Origin: Pseudoalteromonas translucida KMM 520
GTDB taxonomy: Bacteria; Pseudomonadota; Gammaproteobacteria; Enterobacterales; Alteromonadaceae
Direction: 5' to 3'
DNA: 32,000 nucleotides
Assembly: GCF_001465295.1 (NCBI RefSeq)
Contig: NZ_CP011034.1
Span: forward strand, 1 to 32,000
Positions 1-14,667 of the stretch are shown here, one piece after another. Under the pieces are notes generated by a model. The model did no database searches, was not told where the DNA came from, and saw nothing but the letters and a program-made list of their open reading frames with translations. The translations under genes were made by a program, and so were the position numbers. Each line of letters opens with the position of its first letter. The first letter of the stretch is position 1.

Positions 1-31
1 TCAACAATTTTATAAAAATCAGTCTTTTACT

Positions 32-40
32 TGTGGATAA
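32..40 (-). promoter_or_regulatory. DnaA box upstream of dnaA (perfect 9-mer)
   Basis: tgtggataa at 32-40 is the exact reverse complement of the DnaA-box consensus TTATCCACA. It lies ~120 nt upstream of the dnaA start, which fits dnaA autoregulation. Only one perfect box is visible in the 117 nt available. Confidence 0.6.
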
Positions 41-159
41 AGTGTCTTCATAATAGCCGGTCTTGGGTCGCTTATTGGGCCATTTAAACGCATTACAGAG
101 GTGATTTTTAATCATTAATGATGTGCGGGAATAAAAATTATATCTCTGGGAGTTTGACT

Positions 160-1542
160 GTGTATCTGTCGGTTTGGCAAAGTTGTTTATATGTATTGCA
201 AGATGAATTGCCTTCGCAGCAGTTCAGTATGTGGGTGCGACCACTACAAGCAGAAAGTACCGAAGATACCTTGACGATTTATGCACCTAATCGCTTTGTA
301 CTAGATTGGGTAAGAGAAAAATACCTAAATAGAATTAATGAATTATTAGTAGAGATTTGTGGTGTTGAAGCTCCAGAGCTACGTTTTGATGTAGGCAGTA
401 AGCCTTTATTAAATGCACAGCCTGTATCTGTTGCTGGAACGCAATCGGCACCAACTACACAAGCCAAACAACAATCACGACAACCAAAACCTGTTGTAGA
501 GCCAGCGCCCAAATCTGAATATAAATCGAATATAAAAGAAAATTATACCTTTGACAGTTTTGTTGAAGGTAAATCAAACCAGTTAGCAAAAGCAGCAGCA
601 ACACAAGTTGCAGATAATCCAGGTGCCGCTTTTAATCCTGTATTTATATACGGTGGTACAGGTTTAGGTAAAACGCATTTATTGCATGCTGTAGGTAATG
701 GTATTTTGGCTAATAAGCCAGATGCAAAAATAGTTTATATGCATTCAGAGCGCTTTGTACAAGACATGGTAAAAGCACTGCAAAATAACGCGATTGAAGA
801 GTTTAAGCGTTACTATCGTAGTGTTGATGCGCTAATGATTGATGACATTCAATTTTTTGCTAACAAAGAACGCTCACAAGAAGAGTTTTTTCATACCTTT
901 AATGCGTTATTGGAAGGCAACCAGCAAATAATTTTAACCTCGGACCGTTATCCAAAAGAGATAGAAGGCGTTGAAGACAGACTTAAATCGCGCTTTGGTT
1001 GGGGTTTAACTATTGCAATTGAGCCTCCTGAGCTTGAAACACGCGTTGCTATATTGATGAAAAAAGCGCAGCAGAGTAAAATTAACTTGCCGCACGAAGT
1101 CGCCTTTTTTATTGCTAAAAAATTACGATCTAATGTACGCGAATTAGAAGGTGCGCTTAATCGTGTAATTGCCAATGCTAACTTTACCGGTCGTCCTATA
1201 TCTATCGACTTTGTAAAAGAAGCGCTACGCGATTTACTTGCCTTACAAGATAAGCTAGTTACCATAGATAACATACAGCGCACTGTGGCTGAGTATTACA
1301 GAATTCGTATTTCTGATCTGCTGTCTAAGCGCCGTAGTCGCTCTATAGCAAGGCCTCGACAAGTTGCTATGGCATTATCTAAAGAGTTAACCAATCACAG
1401 TTTACCTGAGATTGGAGACGCTTTTGGTGGCCGCGATCATACAACTGTATTACATGCGTGTCGTAAGGTTAAATCACTACGTGATGAAAGCCACGAAATT
1501 AAAGAAGATTACCAAAATTTAATAAGAACATTGTCATCTTAA
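160..1542 (+). CDS. dnaA: Chromosomal replication initiator protein DnaA
   Basis: The translation carries the DnaA N-terminus ([38 protein letters not shown]), the Walker A motif [11 protein letters not shown], and the C-terminal DNA-binding signature ([11 protein letters not shown]). The ORF track starts at ATG 118. GTG 160 is preceded by GGGAG (148-152) at 7-nt spacing and gives an N-terminus matching other DnaA proteins (M-x-LS-xWQ). The start is therefore uncertain (118 or 160); the end is firm. Confidence 0.95.
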   Translation: MYLSVWQSCLYVLQDELPSQQFSMWVRPLQAESTEDTLTIYAPNRFVLDWVREKYLNRINELLVEICGVEAPELRFDVGSKPLLNAQPVSVAGTQSAPTTQAKQQSRQPKPVVEPAPKSEYKSNIKENYTFDSFVEGKSNQLAKAAATQVADNPGAAFNPVFIYGGTGLGKTHLLHAVGNGILANKPDAKIVYMHSERFVQDMVKALQNNAIEEFKRYYRSVDALMIDDIQFFANKERSQEEFFHTFNALLEGNQQIILTSDRYPKEIEGVEDRLKSRFGWGLTIAIEPPELETRVAILMKKAQQSKINLPHEVAFFIAKKLRSNVRELEGALNRVIANANFTGRPISIDFVKEALRDLLALQDKLVTIDNIQRTVAEYYRIRISDLLSKRRSRSIARPRQVAMALSKELTNHSLPEIGDAFGGRDHTTVLHACRKVKSLRDESHEIKEDYQNLIRTLSS

Positions 1543-1555
1543 GGCTGACTTTATT

Positions 1556-2659
1556 ATGCAAATAACAATATCAAGACAACAGTTTTTAAAGCCATTAGTG
1601 CAAGTATCGGGCGCTATTGAGCGTAAGCATACATTGCCAATTTTATCTAACGTATTGTTAGTAGTAGAAAACGGGCAGCTTTCAATGACAGGTACCGACC
1701 TTGAAATTGAACTCGTTGCAACCGTGTTTGTAGGTGATGATATTGCCGATACTAAGTTAACATTACCGGCTAAAAAATTACTCGATATTTGTAAAAGCCT
1801 ACCAGATGGTTCAGACCTAACGTTAAGCTTACAAGAGCATCAGTTATTACTAACCAGCGGTAAAAGTCGTTTTTCGTTAACAACCTTAGCCGCCGAAGAC
1901 TTTCCTAATTTAGAGCAGTGGGATGGCGAAGTTGAGTTTCAACTAACGCGTTTAGAGCTGCGTAAATTACTCGAAAGCACGCATTTTTCGATGGCGAATC
2001 AAGACGTACGTTACTATTTAAATGGTATGTCGTTTGAAGTAGACAATACTGACATTAAAACAGTAGCCACTGATGGACACCGCTTAGCAATTGCACAAAA
2101 GCAATTAAAGCAATCGCTTAATACGCAGCGCCAGCTAATTATACCTCGTAAAGGGGTGCAAGAAATTATGCGCCTTATGGTAGCCGACGAAGAACTCGTA
2201 ACTATTCAGTTTGGTGCTAACCATATTCGTATTATCGACATAGAGTTTACCTTTACTAGTAAGTTAGTTGATGGGCGCTTTCCTGATTACCGCCGTGTGT
2301 TACCTCGTGGTGGCGATAAAGTCATTACTGCTAATCGCGAATGGTTACGTAGTGCGTTTCAGCGAGTCTCTATTTTATCTAACGAAAAGTTTAGAGGTGT
2401 GCGTTTAAATTTATCCAATGGTTTGTTAAAAATTACTGCTAATAACCCTGAGCAAGAACAAGCTGAGGAAGTAGTAGAGGTAGGTTACGAAGGCGCCGAC
2501 CTAGAAATAGGCTTTAACGTGTCTTATGTACTTGATGTATTAAACACATTAAAAACAGAAGATGTACTGTTTACATTGGCCGATTCAAACAGCAGCGCAC
2601 TAATTGAAGGTGCAGGCGATGAAGAAGCAATGTACGTAGTTATGCCTATGCGTTTATAA
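1556..2659 (+). CDS. dnaN: DNA polymerase III beta sliding clamp
   Basis: The 367-aa product has typical DnaN features (LLKPLQ-like N-terminus, ATDGHRLA, C-terminal MPMRL). It occupies the canonical position after dnaA. Confidence 0.97.
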   Translation: MQITISRQQFLKPLVQVSGAIERKHTLPILSNVLLVVENGQLSMTGTDLEIELVATVFVGDDIADTKLTLPAKKLLDICKSLPDGSDLTLSLQEHQLLLTSGKSRFSLTTLAAEDFPNLEQWDGEVEFQLTRLELRKLLESTHFSMANQDVRYYLNGMSFEVDNTDIKTVATDGHRLAIAQKQLKQSLNTQRQLIIPRKGVQEIMRLMVADEELVTIQFGANHIRIIDIEFTFTSKLVDGRFPDYRRVLPRGGDKVITANREWLRSAFQRVSILSNEKFRGVRLNLSNGLLKITANNPEQEQAEEVVEVGYEGADLEIGFNVSYVLDVLNTLKTEDVLFTLADSNSSALIEGAGDEEAMYVVMPMRL

Positions 2660-2674
2660 GACTATAAGTACCCA

Positions 2675-3769
2675 ATGAGCTTAAGTCATTTGAGCCTCAA
2701 ATATTTTCGTAATATTGAGGCGCTGACGCTAGAACCAGTTAACGGCGTTAATATAATTTATGGTGAAAACGGCAGCGGAAAAACCAGCCTTTTAGAAGCT
2801 ATTTATTACCTTTCACACGGCAAATCTTTTAGAACATCAAAACATAAAAGTATTATTGCGCATCAGCAAGAGCAGTTTGTAATTCATGGCCGCAAAGCAA
2901 TACACGACTTATCTATTCCTATTGGTATTAGTAAAACCCAAGCGGGCGAAACTAATTTAAAAATACAAGGTAAGGCGAGCCGAAAAATATCAGAACTTGC
3001 ACAGCTTATGCCGGTACAAATAATTACTCCAGAGAGCTATTCGTTATTTTTTGGTGGGCCTAAAGAGCGTAGAAAGTTTTTAGATTTAGGTTTGTTCCAC
3101 GTGGAACATGAGTTCTTCTTTTTATGGCAATCGTTCAATAAAGTGTTAAAACAACGAAATGCGCTACTAAAAAGTAAGCCAAAGAATTATTTTGACCAAA
3201 TTAAGTTTTGGGACAAAGAATTTGTTAGACTGGCTGAGCAAATAAATAAATTAAGAATGGCGTATATAAGTAGGTTTAAGCAGCAGTTTTTTGATAAAAT
3301 GTGTGCAGAATTAACGCTAATACGCGATTTAGAAATAAGCTTTAATGCCGGTTGGAAAGAGAGCGAATCTCTTAGCGATGCATTAGAGTTAAACTTTGAG
3401 CGAGATGCTCGCCAAGGTTTTACCAGTAAAGGGCCTCATAAGGCTGATTTTAGTTTTAGTGTCGCTGGCAGTAGCGTTGAGAATATTTTCTCTCGTGGAC
3501 AATTAAAGCTATTACTTTATGCGTTAAAAGTAACGCAAAATAGCTTAATTGAGTCAGAGACAGATAAGCAATCTATATTGCTAATAGATGATTTACCTTC
3601 AGAGTTAAGCGAAGATACAAAAGAGAAAGTGGGGCAATTATTAGCTCACTGCAGTTCTCAAATTTTTATATCTTCAATTTTGTCTGAAAGTATTTCTGCT
3701 GTGGTGGAACCCATGCAACGAGAACTGCAAATGTTCCACGTGAAACATGGCAACCTAATAACAAGATAA
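2675..3769 (+). CDS. recF: DNA replication and repair protein RecF
   Basis: The 364-aa product has the Walker A motif GENGSGKTSLLEA, an SMC-like signature (FSRGQLKLL) and Walker B (LLIDDLPSEL). Gene order is dnaN-recF-gyrB. Confidence 0.96.
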   Translation: MSLSHLSLKYFRNIEALTLEPVNGVNIIYGENGSGKTSLLEAIYYLSHGKSFRTSKHKSIIAHQQEQFVIHGRKAIHDLSIPIGISKTQAGETNLKIQGKASRKISELAQLMPVQIITPESYSLFFGGPKERRKFLDLGLFHVEHEFFFLWQSFNKVLKQRNALLKSKPKNYFDQIKFWDKEFVRLAEQINKLRMAYISRFKQQFFDKMCAELTLIRDLEISFNAGWKESESLSDALELNFERDARQGFTSKGPHKADFSFSVAGSSVENIFSRGQLKLLLYALKVTQNSLIESETDKQSILLIDDLPSELSEDTKEKVGQLLAHCSSQIFISSILSESISAVVEPMQRELQMFHVKHGNLITR

Positions 3770-6208
<2,439 letters not shown>

Positions 6209-6225
6209 TTAGCAATACTACTCAC

Positions 6226-6259
6226 AAAAAAGGAGCCAATGGCTCCTTTTTTATTTTTT
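6226..6259 (+). terminator. Rho-independent terminator after gyrB
   Basis: aaaaaaggagcc (6226-6237) pairs with ggctcctttttt (6241-6252) across a short aat loop. A further T-run follows, 18 nt after the gyrB stop. Confidence 0.8.
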
Positions 6260-6275
6260 CAATTGCACAAACTGC

Positions 6276-6304
6276 TTAAAACCTGCGTGTGCACAAGGTA
6301 TACT
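6276..6304 (+). promoter_or_regulatory. Possible sigma70 promoter for glyQS
   Basis: A TATACT -10 (6299-6304) and a weak TTAAAA -35 (6276-6281) are separated by 17 nt, ~45 nt upstream of the glyQ ATG. This rests on motif matching only. Confidence 0.25.
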
Positions 6305-6348
6305 GAGGGTAATTTTCACGCTACTTCTCAGATAGTAAAAAGCCAAAT

Positions 6349-7251
6349 ATGCAAAAATATGACGTTAAAACCTTTCAAGGTTTGATCCTGGCTTTACAGG
6401 ATTATTGGGCGCAGCAAGGCTGCGTTATTATTCAACCACTTGATATGGAAGTGGGCGCTGGGACATTTCACCCGCAAACATTTTTAAAATCGATTGGCCC
6501 AGAGCCAATGTCGAGTGCATACGTACAACCGTGCCGTCGACCTACCGATGGCCGTTACGGCGAAAACCCAAACCGCTTGCAGCATTACTACCAGTTTCAG
6601 GTTGTGCTAAAGCCTTCGCCAGATAACATTCAAGAGCTTTATTTAGGCTCTTTAGCGGCTGTAGGCATAGATACCTTAACAGACGAAGTACGCTTTGTTG
6701 AAGACAACTGGGAATCACCTACCTTAGGTGCGTGGGGCCTAGGTTGGGAAATTTGGTTAAACGGCATGGAAGTAACTCAGTTTACCTACTTTCAACAAGT
6801 GGGCGGCATTGAGTGCTCACCGGTAACTGGCGAAATCACTTACGGCCTAGAGCGCTTAGCCATGTATATTCAGGGCGTAGACAGTATTTACGACCTAGTA
6901 TGGGCTGATGGCCCGCTTGGGCGTGTTACTTACGGCGATGTGTTTCATCAAAATGAAGTAGAGCAATCTACTTATAACTTTGAGCACGCCAACGTAGAAG
7001 ACCTATTTGCTCAGTTTGATAAATGTGAAGCAGAGAGCCAAAAGTTAATTGAAGCAAACTTACCGTTACCGGCTTATGAGCAAGTAATGAAGGCGTCGCA
7101 TGCATTTAACTTATTAGACGCGCGCCACGCAATTTCGGTAACCGAACGTCAACGTTACATACTGCGCGTTCGTGCTTTATCAAAAGCGTGTGCACAAAGT
7201 TATTATGATAAACGCGAAGCGCTTGGTTTCCCGCTGTGTAAGGATAAGTAG
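6349..7251 (+). CDS. glyQ: Glycine--tRNA ligase alpha subunit
   Basis: The 300-aa product contains [17 protein letters not shown] and [13 protein letters not shown], which are highly conserved GlyQ sequences. Confidence 0.97.
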   Translation: MQKYDVKTFQGLILALQDYWAQQGCVIIQPLDMEVGAGTFHPQTFLKSIGPEPMSSAYVQPCRRPTDGRYGENPNRLQHYYQFQVVLKPSPDNIQELYLGSLAAVGIDTLTDEVRFVEDNWESPTLGAWGLGWEIWLNGMEVTQFTYFQQVGGIECSPVTGEITYGLERLAMYIQGVDSIYDLVWADGPLGRVTYGDVFHQNEVEQSTYNFEHANVEDLFAQFDKCEAESQKLIEANLPLPAYEQVMKASHAFNLLDARHAISVTERQRYILRVRALSKACAQSYYDKREALGFPLCKDK

Positions 7252-7253
7252 GC

Positions 7254-9323
7254 ATGTCAGCACAAAACTTATTAGTAGAAATTGGCACCGAAGAGTTGCC
7301 ACCAAAAGCACTGCGTAAATTAGCAGAAGCATTTGCTGCAAACTTAACTGCAGAACTAGAAGCATTAGAATTAGCGCATCAAGGCGTAAGCTGGTATGCA
7401 TCACCACGTCGTTTGGGCCTTCGCGTAATAGCGCTTGATGCTAAACAACAAGATAAAGAAGTAGAAAAACGCGGCCCAGCAATTAAGGCAGCGTTTGATG
7501 CAGACGGCAATCCTACTAAGGCTGCAATGGGTTGGGCACGTGGTTGTGGTATTGAAGTAAAAGATGCGCAAACACTTGAAACCGACAAAGGCGCGTGGTT
7601 GCTGCACCTTGCTAAAGTAGCAGGGCAAGAAACTAAAACGCTCATGGTTGACGTTATTAATAAAGCGCTGGCTAAATTACCTATTCCTAAGCCAATGCGT
7701 TGGGGCGCGAATAAAACACAATTTATTCGTCCAGTGCATACGGTAACTGTTTTATTGGGTGATGAGTTAGTAACAGGTGAAGTGCTGGGTAAGCAGGTAA
7801 ATAACCAGCTTCAAGGACATCGCTTTCATCATCCTGAAAAAATTACCATTAACCATGCTGATGACGTTTTTGATGTTTTAAAATCAGCCTACGTTATTGC
7901 CGATTACGAACAGCGTAAAGCGCAAATTCGAGCGCAAATAGAAGCCGCCGCTAAAGCAATAAATGCGGTTGTAGCTATGGATGAAGATTTACTTGAAGAA
8001 GTAACATCATTGGTAGAATGGCCAGTAACATTAACGGCTACATTTGAAGAAGAGTTTTTGGCAGTACCGGCCGAAGCGCTTATTTACACGATGAAAGACG
8101 ATCAAAAGTACTTTCCGCTTTTAGATCAAAACGGCAAACTTTTAAATAAATTTTTGTTTGTGTCTAACATAGAAAGTAAAGATCCTAGCGTAGTGATTTC
8201 GGGTAACGAAAAAGTAGTGCGTCCTCGCTTAGCCGATGCGCAATTCTTTTTTGAAAGCGATAAAAAGAAAACACTAGAAAGCCGTTTAGAATCTCTCGAT
8301 AGCGTATTGTTCCAAAAACAGTTAGGTACACTTAAAGACAAGTCTGCGCGTATTAGTGAGCTTGCCGGTTATATTGCCCAGCAACTTGGTGCAGATAAAG
8401 AGCTAGCACAGCGTGCTGGTTTATTAAGTAAAACTGACTTAATGACCGAAATGGTGATGGAATTTACCGACATCCAAGGTGTTATGGGAATGCATTACGC
8501 ACGTTTTGACGGCGAAGCTGAAGATGTAGCATTAGCGCAAAATGAGCAATATATGCCACGCTTTGCAGGCGACAGCTTACCTAGCAACTTAATTAGTTGC
8601 GCAGTAGCGATTGCCGATAAGTTTGATACCTTAGTGGGTATTTTTGGCATAGGCCAAGCGCCAAAAGGCGACAAAGACCCGTTTGCTTTACGTCGTGCTG
8701 CTATTGGTGCACTGCGCATCATGGTAGAAAAAGAGCTACCGCTTGATATTTTAGACCTAGTTGCTAAATCGCAAACTTTGTTTGGCGATAAACTAACTAA
8801 TCTTAATGTATCAATCGATGTGTTTGAGTTTATGCTAGGGCGTTTCCGTGCTTGGTATCAAGACGAAGGGATAGAAGTAGATGTGATTCAAGCTGTGCTT
8901 GCACGCCGTCCAACTAAACCTGTTGATTTTGATCGCCGTGTTAAAGCCGTAAGCCATTTTCGCACATTAGACGCAGCAGAAGCGCTTGCAGCCGCTAATA
9001 AGCGTGTGAGTAATATACTTGCTAAAAATGACATTACCAGCGAAGGTAATGTAGATGAAAGTTTACTAACCGACGACGCAGAAAAAGTACTTGCGGCACA
9101 AGTAGCAAAATTTGCTACTGAACTTTCACCACTTTACGCTAGCGGCAATTACCAAGAGGCATTAAGCCAATTGGCTGGTATTCGTCAAAGTGTTGATAAC
9201 TTTTTTGACAACGTAATGGTTATGGCGGAAGACGAAGCGGTTAAGCAAAATCGTTTGGCGCTTTTAAGCCAGTTAAGCGGATTGTTTTTAGGTATTGCAG
9301 ACATTTCTGTACTACAAAAATAA
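7254..9323 (+). CDS. glyS: Glycine--tRNA ligase beta subunit
   Basis: The 689-aa product begins 2 nt after the glyQ stop. Its N-terminus [15 protein letters not shown] is typical of GlyS. Confidence 0.97.
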   Translation: MSAQNLLVEIGTEELPPKALRKLAEAFAANLTAELEALELAHQGVSWYASPRRLGLRVIALDAKQQDKEVEKRGPAIKAAFDADGNPTKAAMGWARGCGIEVKDAQTLETDKGAWLLHLAKVAGQETKTLMVDVINKALAKLPIPKPMRWGANKTQFIRPVHTVTVLLGDELVTGEVLGKQVNNQLQGHRFHHPEKITINHADDVFDVLKSAYVIADYEQRKAQIRAQIEAAAKAINAVVAMDEDLLEEVTSLVEWPVTLTATFEEEFLAVPAEALIYTMKDDQKYFPLLDQNGKLLNKFLFVSNIESKDPSVVISGNEKVVRPRLADAQFFFESDKKKTLESRLESLDSVLFQKQLGTLKDKSARISELAGYIAQQLGADKELAQRAGLLSKTDLMTEMVMEFTDIQGVMGMHYARFDGEAEDVALAQNEQYMPRFAGDSLPSNLISCAVAIADKFDTLVGIFGIGQAPKGDKDPFALRRAAIGALRIMVEKELPLDILDLVAKSQTLFGDKLTNLNVSIDVFEFMLGRFRAWYQDEGIEVDVIQAVLARRPTKPVDFDRRVKAVSHFRTLDAAEALAAANKRVSNILAKNDITSEGNVDESLLTDDAEKVLAAQVAKFATELSPLYASGNYQEALSQLAGIRQSVDNFFDNVMVMAEDEAVKQNRLALLSQLSGLFLGIADISVLQK

Positions 9324-9340
9324 CATTATTCGATAATGTA

Positions 9341-9366
9341 AAAAGCCAGCGTTTTGCTGGCTTTTT
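9341..9366 (+). terminator. Rho-independent terminator after glyS
   Basis: aaaagccagc (9341-9350) pairs with gctggctttt (9356-9365) across the loop gtttt. A T-run spans 9362-9366. Confidence 0.85.
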
Positions 9367-9418
9367 AGTTTTAATTTTGGTGTATTATTAACCTGCATAT
9401 ATAAAGTAAGGATCTCGA

Positions 9419-9871
9419 ATGAAAAGCCCAATAAAACGTATTTTAACCTTAGCACTTGTTAGTTTTTTAACTGCTTGTTCTACGCAAATAACGCTTGATG
9501 ATGTATTACCACAACAAAAATTAGATCGTACCGTGTATTTAAGGGGCGACTTTACCTTATGGGATGCAGAGCCTCAGTACCAATTTACCCAAGTAGCGCG
9601 ATCGCTGTATCAAGCAGAAGTTAAATTTTCAATGCCTGGTAAAGTATACGAATTTAAAATTGCCGATGCCGACTTTAGTGAAGGTTACAACTGTGGCTAC
9701 AGCGATACTCAGCCAGCAGGGCAAAGCCTAACTTTAGGCCAAGCTGTTACTGCAGACTGTAATACTATTTATAACTACTTTAGCTATACGCCAGCAATAA
9801 AAGGCACCTATATAGTAAGTATTGATTACAGTAATTACGACAAGCCACAAGTGACGATAACGAAGAAGTAA
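9419..9871 (+). CDS. Hypothetical lipoprotein, possibly a stand-alone carbohydrate-binding-like beta-sandwich domain
   Basis: The N-terminus MKSPIKRILTLALVSFLTAC has a lipobox (LTAC) after a hydrophobic stretch. An AAGGA ribosome-binding site precedes the ATG. The mature part has the pattern RGDFxxWD...YEFKIADADFSEGYNCGY, which is reminiscent of starch/pullulan-binding modules. The domain guess is weak. Confidence 0.7.
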   Translation: MKSPIKRILTLALVSFLTACSTQITLDDVLPQQKLDRTVYLRGDFTLWDAEPQYQFTQVARSLYQAEVKFSMPGKVYEFKIADADFSEGYNCGYSDTQPAGQSLTLGQAVTADCNTIYNYFSYTPAIKGTYIVSIDYSNYDKPQVTITKK

Positions 9872-9876
9872 TTTTC

Positions 9877-9907
9877 GTAGGTTGGGTTGAGTGAAACGAA
9901 ACCCAAC
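9877..9907 (+). repeat. REP sequence (GTAG + hairpin), left of RAYT
   Basis: The sequence is GTAG-GTTGGGTT-GAGTGAAACGA-AACCCAAC. It forms an 8-bp stem (9881-9888 / 9900-9907) preceded by the GTAG tetranucleotide characteristic of RAYT-recognised REPs. Confidence 0.8.
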
Positions 9908-9915
9908 GAATATCT

Positions 9916-9941
9916 GTAGGTAAGTTTGACCCAAGCTTACC
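9916..9941 (+). repeat. Second GTAG-led hairpin (divergent REP, or the lipoprotein-gene terminator)
   Basis: GTAG (9916-9919) overlaps the stem GGTAAG (9919-9924), which pairs with CTTACC (9936-9941). TTTATT follows. It is in the same orientation as the left REP. Confidence 0.45.
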
Positions 9942-10005
9942 TTTATTATTACTCATAAAATTACACTATACTCTTATTCATAACTTCATCTATTTGGGTA
10001 TAGAT

Positions 10006-10530
10006 ATGCGTTATCGACGTGTTTTAGAGCCAGGCGCATATTACTTTTTCACTCTAAATTTAGAAGATAGAACTCAGTCTCTCCTTATTGAAAATATAGA
10101 AATATTACGCCGTGTCTATTTGAAGATAACTAAAAGGCATCCTGTAAATACGATTGCAATTGTTATCATGCATGACCACCTCCATGCTATCTGGCAATTA
10201 CCAAAGGGCGACAGTAATTACGCAATGCGTTGGCGTTTAATTAAATCTGAATTTTCTCGACAGATATTACCAGGTGAGTTTTGTAAACAAAGCAGATTAC
10301 ATAAAGGGGAGCGTGGAATTTGGCAGCGCCGTTATTGGGAGCATAAAATTAGAAATGAAGAAGACTTAGATAACCATATTAATTATATTCACTATAATCC
10401 CGTGAAGCATAAATACGTTACTAAAGTCAGTGATTGGCCTTTTTCAAGCTTTCATGGATACGTTAAAAATTTAAAGTTACCGAGTACTTGGGGAAGTGAT
10501 AACAAGTTAAACAATATGTATGATGAGTGA
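10006..10530 (+). CDS. REP-associated tyrosine transposase (RAYT, IS200/IS605-like Y1 HUH family)
   Basis: The product starts MRYRRVLEPGAYYFFTLNL. It has the HUH motif in IMHDHLHAIW and the catalytic-Tyr region in INYIHYNPVKH. A RAYT-like WQRRYWEH motif is also present. The ORF track starts at TTG 9994, but ATG 10006 gives the typical MRYRR N-terminus. Confidence 0.88.
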   Translation: MRYRRVLEPGAYYFFTLNLEDRTQSLLIENIEILRRVYLKITKRHPVNTIAIVIMHDHLHAIWQLPKGDSNYAMRWRLIKSEFSRQILPGEFCKQSRLHKGERGIWQRRYWEHKIRNEEDLDNHINYIHYNPVKHKYVTKVSDWPFSSFHGYVKNLKLPSTWGSDNKLNNMYDE

Positions 10531-10555
10531 AATTATTTCGATAACTCTAAGATAT

Positions 10556-10586
10556 GTTGGGTTTCGTAATACTCAACCCAACCTAC
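10556..10586 (-). repeat. REP sequence, right of RAYT, inverted orientation
   Basis: The reverse complement reads GTAGGTTGGGTTGAGTATTACGAAACCCAAC. It matches the left REP except for 3 of the 11 loop positions (28/31 overall). It ends 6 nt before the tusA stop codon. Confidence 0.85.
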
Positions 10587-10592
10587 GTCAGT

Positions 10593-10832
10593 TCAAAGCC
10601 CTTTCTTAACTACATACCTATACGGTGCTGCTTCTGCATCTTTAGCCACCAGCGTGTGATCCATAAAGGTACAAAAGCTCGGAATGTCGCGAGTTGTTGA
10701 TGGGTCGTCAGCAGTTATTAATAACGTTTCACCGTCCTTCATTTTTCGAATAGCAGCGCGTACCATCATCACTGGCTCTGGGCAGCGTAAACCTATAGCA
10801 TCTAATTGGTGATCGGGGTTATTAAAGCTCAT
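10593..10832 (-). CDS. tusA: Sulfur carrier protein TusA (SirA)
   Basis: The 79-aa product contains [16 protein letters not shown]...[14 protein letters not shown], a near-canonical TusA sequence with the CPEP active-site cysteine. Confidence 0.95.
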   Translation of the reverse strand: MSFNNPDHQLDAIGLRCPEPVMMVRAAIRKMKDGETLLITADDPSTTRDIPSFCTFMDHTLVAKDAEAAPYRYVVKKGL

Positions 10833-11070
10833 AATAAATTTGCCTGTTTAGTTAAAGCGATTGCTGCGCATGTGGGTTTTACATTTTATAAGTTGCAGAG
10901 TTTAGCGCAATTTAAAGCGTAATTTAACTATTTTACCTATATCTAAGTTACACATCTTATTTAATTAAAGGACTTAATCAATAGAGCTTGGCAATAACAA
11001 ATAATACACCCGATCACAGTATTCCAGATTTTTTAATCTAACCATATAAAACAACTAAAAATAAACCAAT

Positions 11071-11108
11071 AAAAAAAGGCGAACTGCATAAAATCAGTTC
11101 GCCTTTTT
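11071..11108 (-). terminator. Rho-independent (bidirectional-looking) terminator after fadA
   Basis: aggcgaactg (11077-11086) pairs with cagttcgcct (11095-11104). It is flanked by A7 on one side and T5 on the other. Read on the - strand it follows the fadA stop by ~35 nt and ends in a T-run. Confidence 0.85.
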
Positions 11109-11141
11109 AATCACCAAGATGGTTTTACATGTTTAAACTAA

Positions 11142-14475
<3,334 letters not shown>

Positions 14476-14503
14476 TATTATTCTCCCTAGTTGACGAACT
14501 AAG

Positions 14504-14519
14504 ACTGGTACGATGAGTT
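14504..14519. promoter_or_regulatory. Possible FadR-type operator upstream of fadBA
   Basis: ACTGGTACGATGAGTT lies ~30-45 nt upstream of the fadB start. It matches the FadR operator half-site CTGGT-N-CGA well. The second half-site is degenerate. Confidence 0.3.
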
Positions 14520-14667
14520 GCGATTTAATCAGTGTGCTTGCTTTGAATTAAAAATGCAACGAAAAATTTAACTTGGTTACAAAACAGTTGGTTAAAATAT
14601 AGCTTGTTTGGTGCTATGGTGGAACAAAAGTTTTTGCTTATTATTTTAATTTTATTATGAAGGCATT

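Larger units (their letters stand above)
9877..10586 (+). mobile_element. REP-RAYT-REP unit (domesticated transposase locus)
   Basis: The RAYT gene is bracketed by near-identical REPs in inverted orientation. This is the canonical architecture of RAYT loci. Confidence 0.8.

Noticed and set aside
1-117. Possible oriC immediately upstream of dnaA
   Set aside because: Only one DnaA box is visible, and the 117 nt available contain no cluster of boxes, AT-rich 13-mer array or GATC cluster. In related gammaproteobacteria oriC normally lies near mnmG/mioC rather than at dnaA. The window edge also prevents further assessment.
6209-6348. Possible T-box or other riboswitch leader upstream of glyQS
   Set aside because: No T-box specifier or antiterminator motif was seen, and the leader is too short at ~45 nt from the putative -10. 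Gammaproteobacterial glyQS is not known to use T-boxes.
10833-11070. Duplicated TTAAAGCG 8-mer (10851 and 10910) and partial palindromes in the tusA upstream region
   Set aside because: The repeats are short and sit in an AT-rich promoter region, so they are compatible with chance. No coherent structure or ORF is present.
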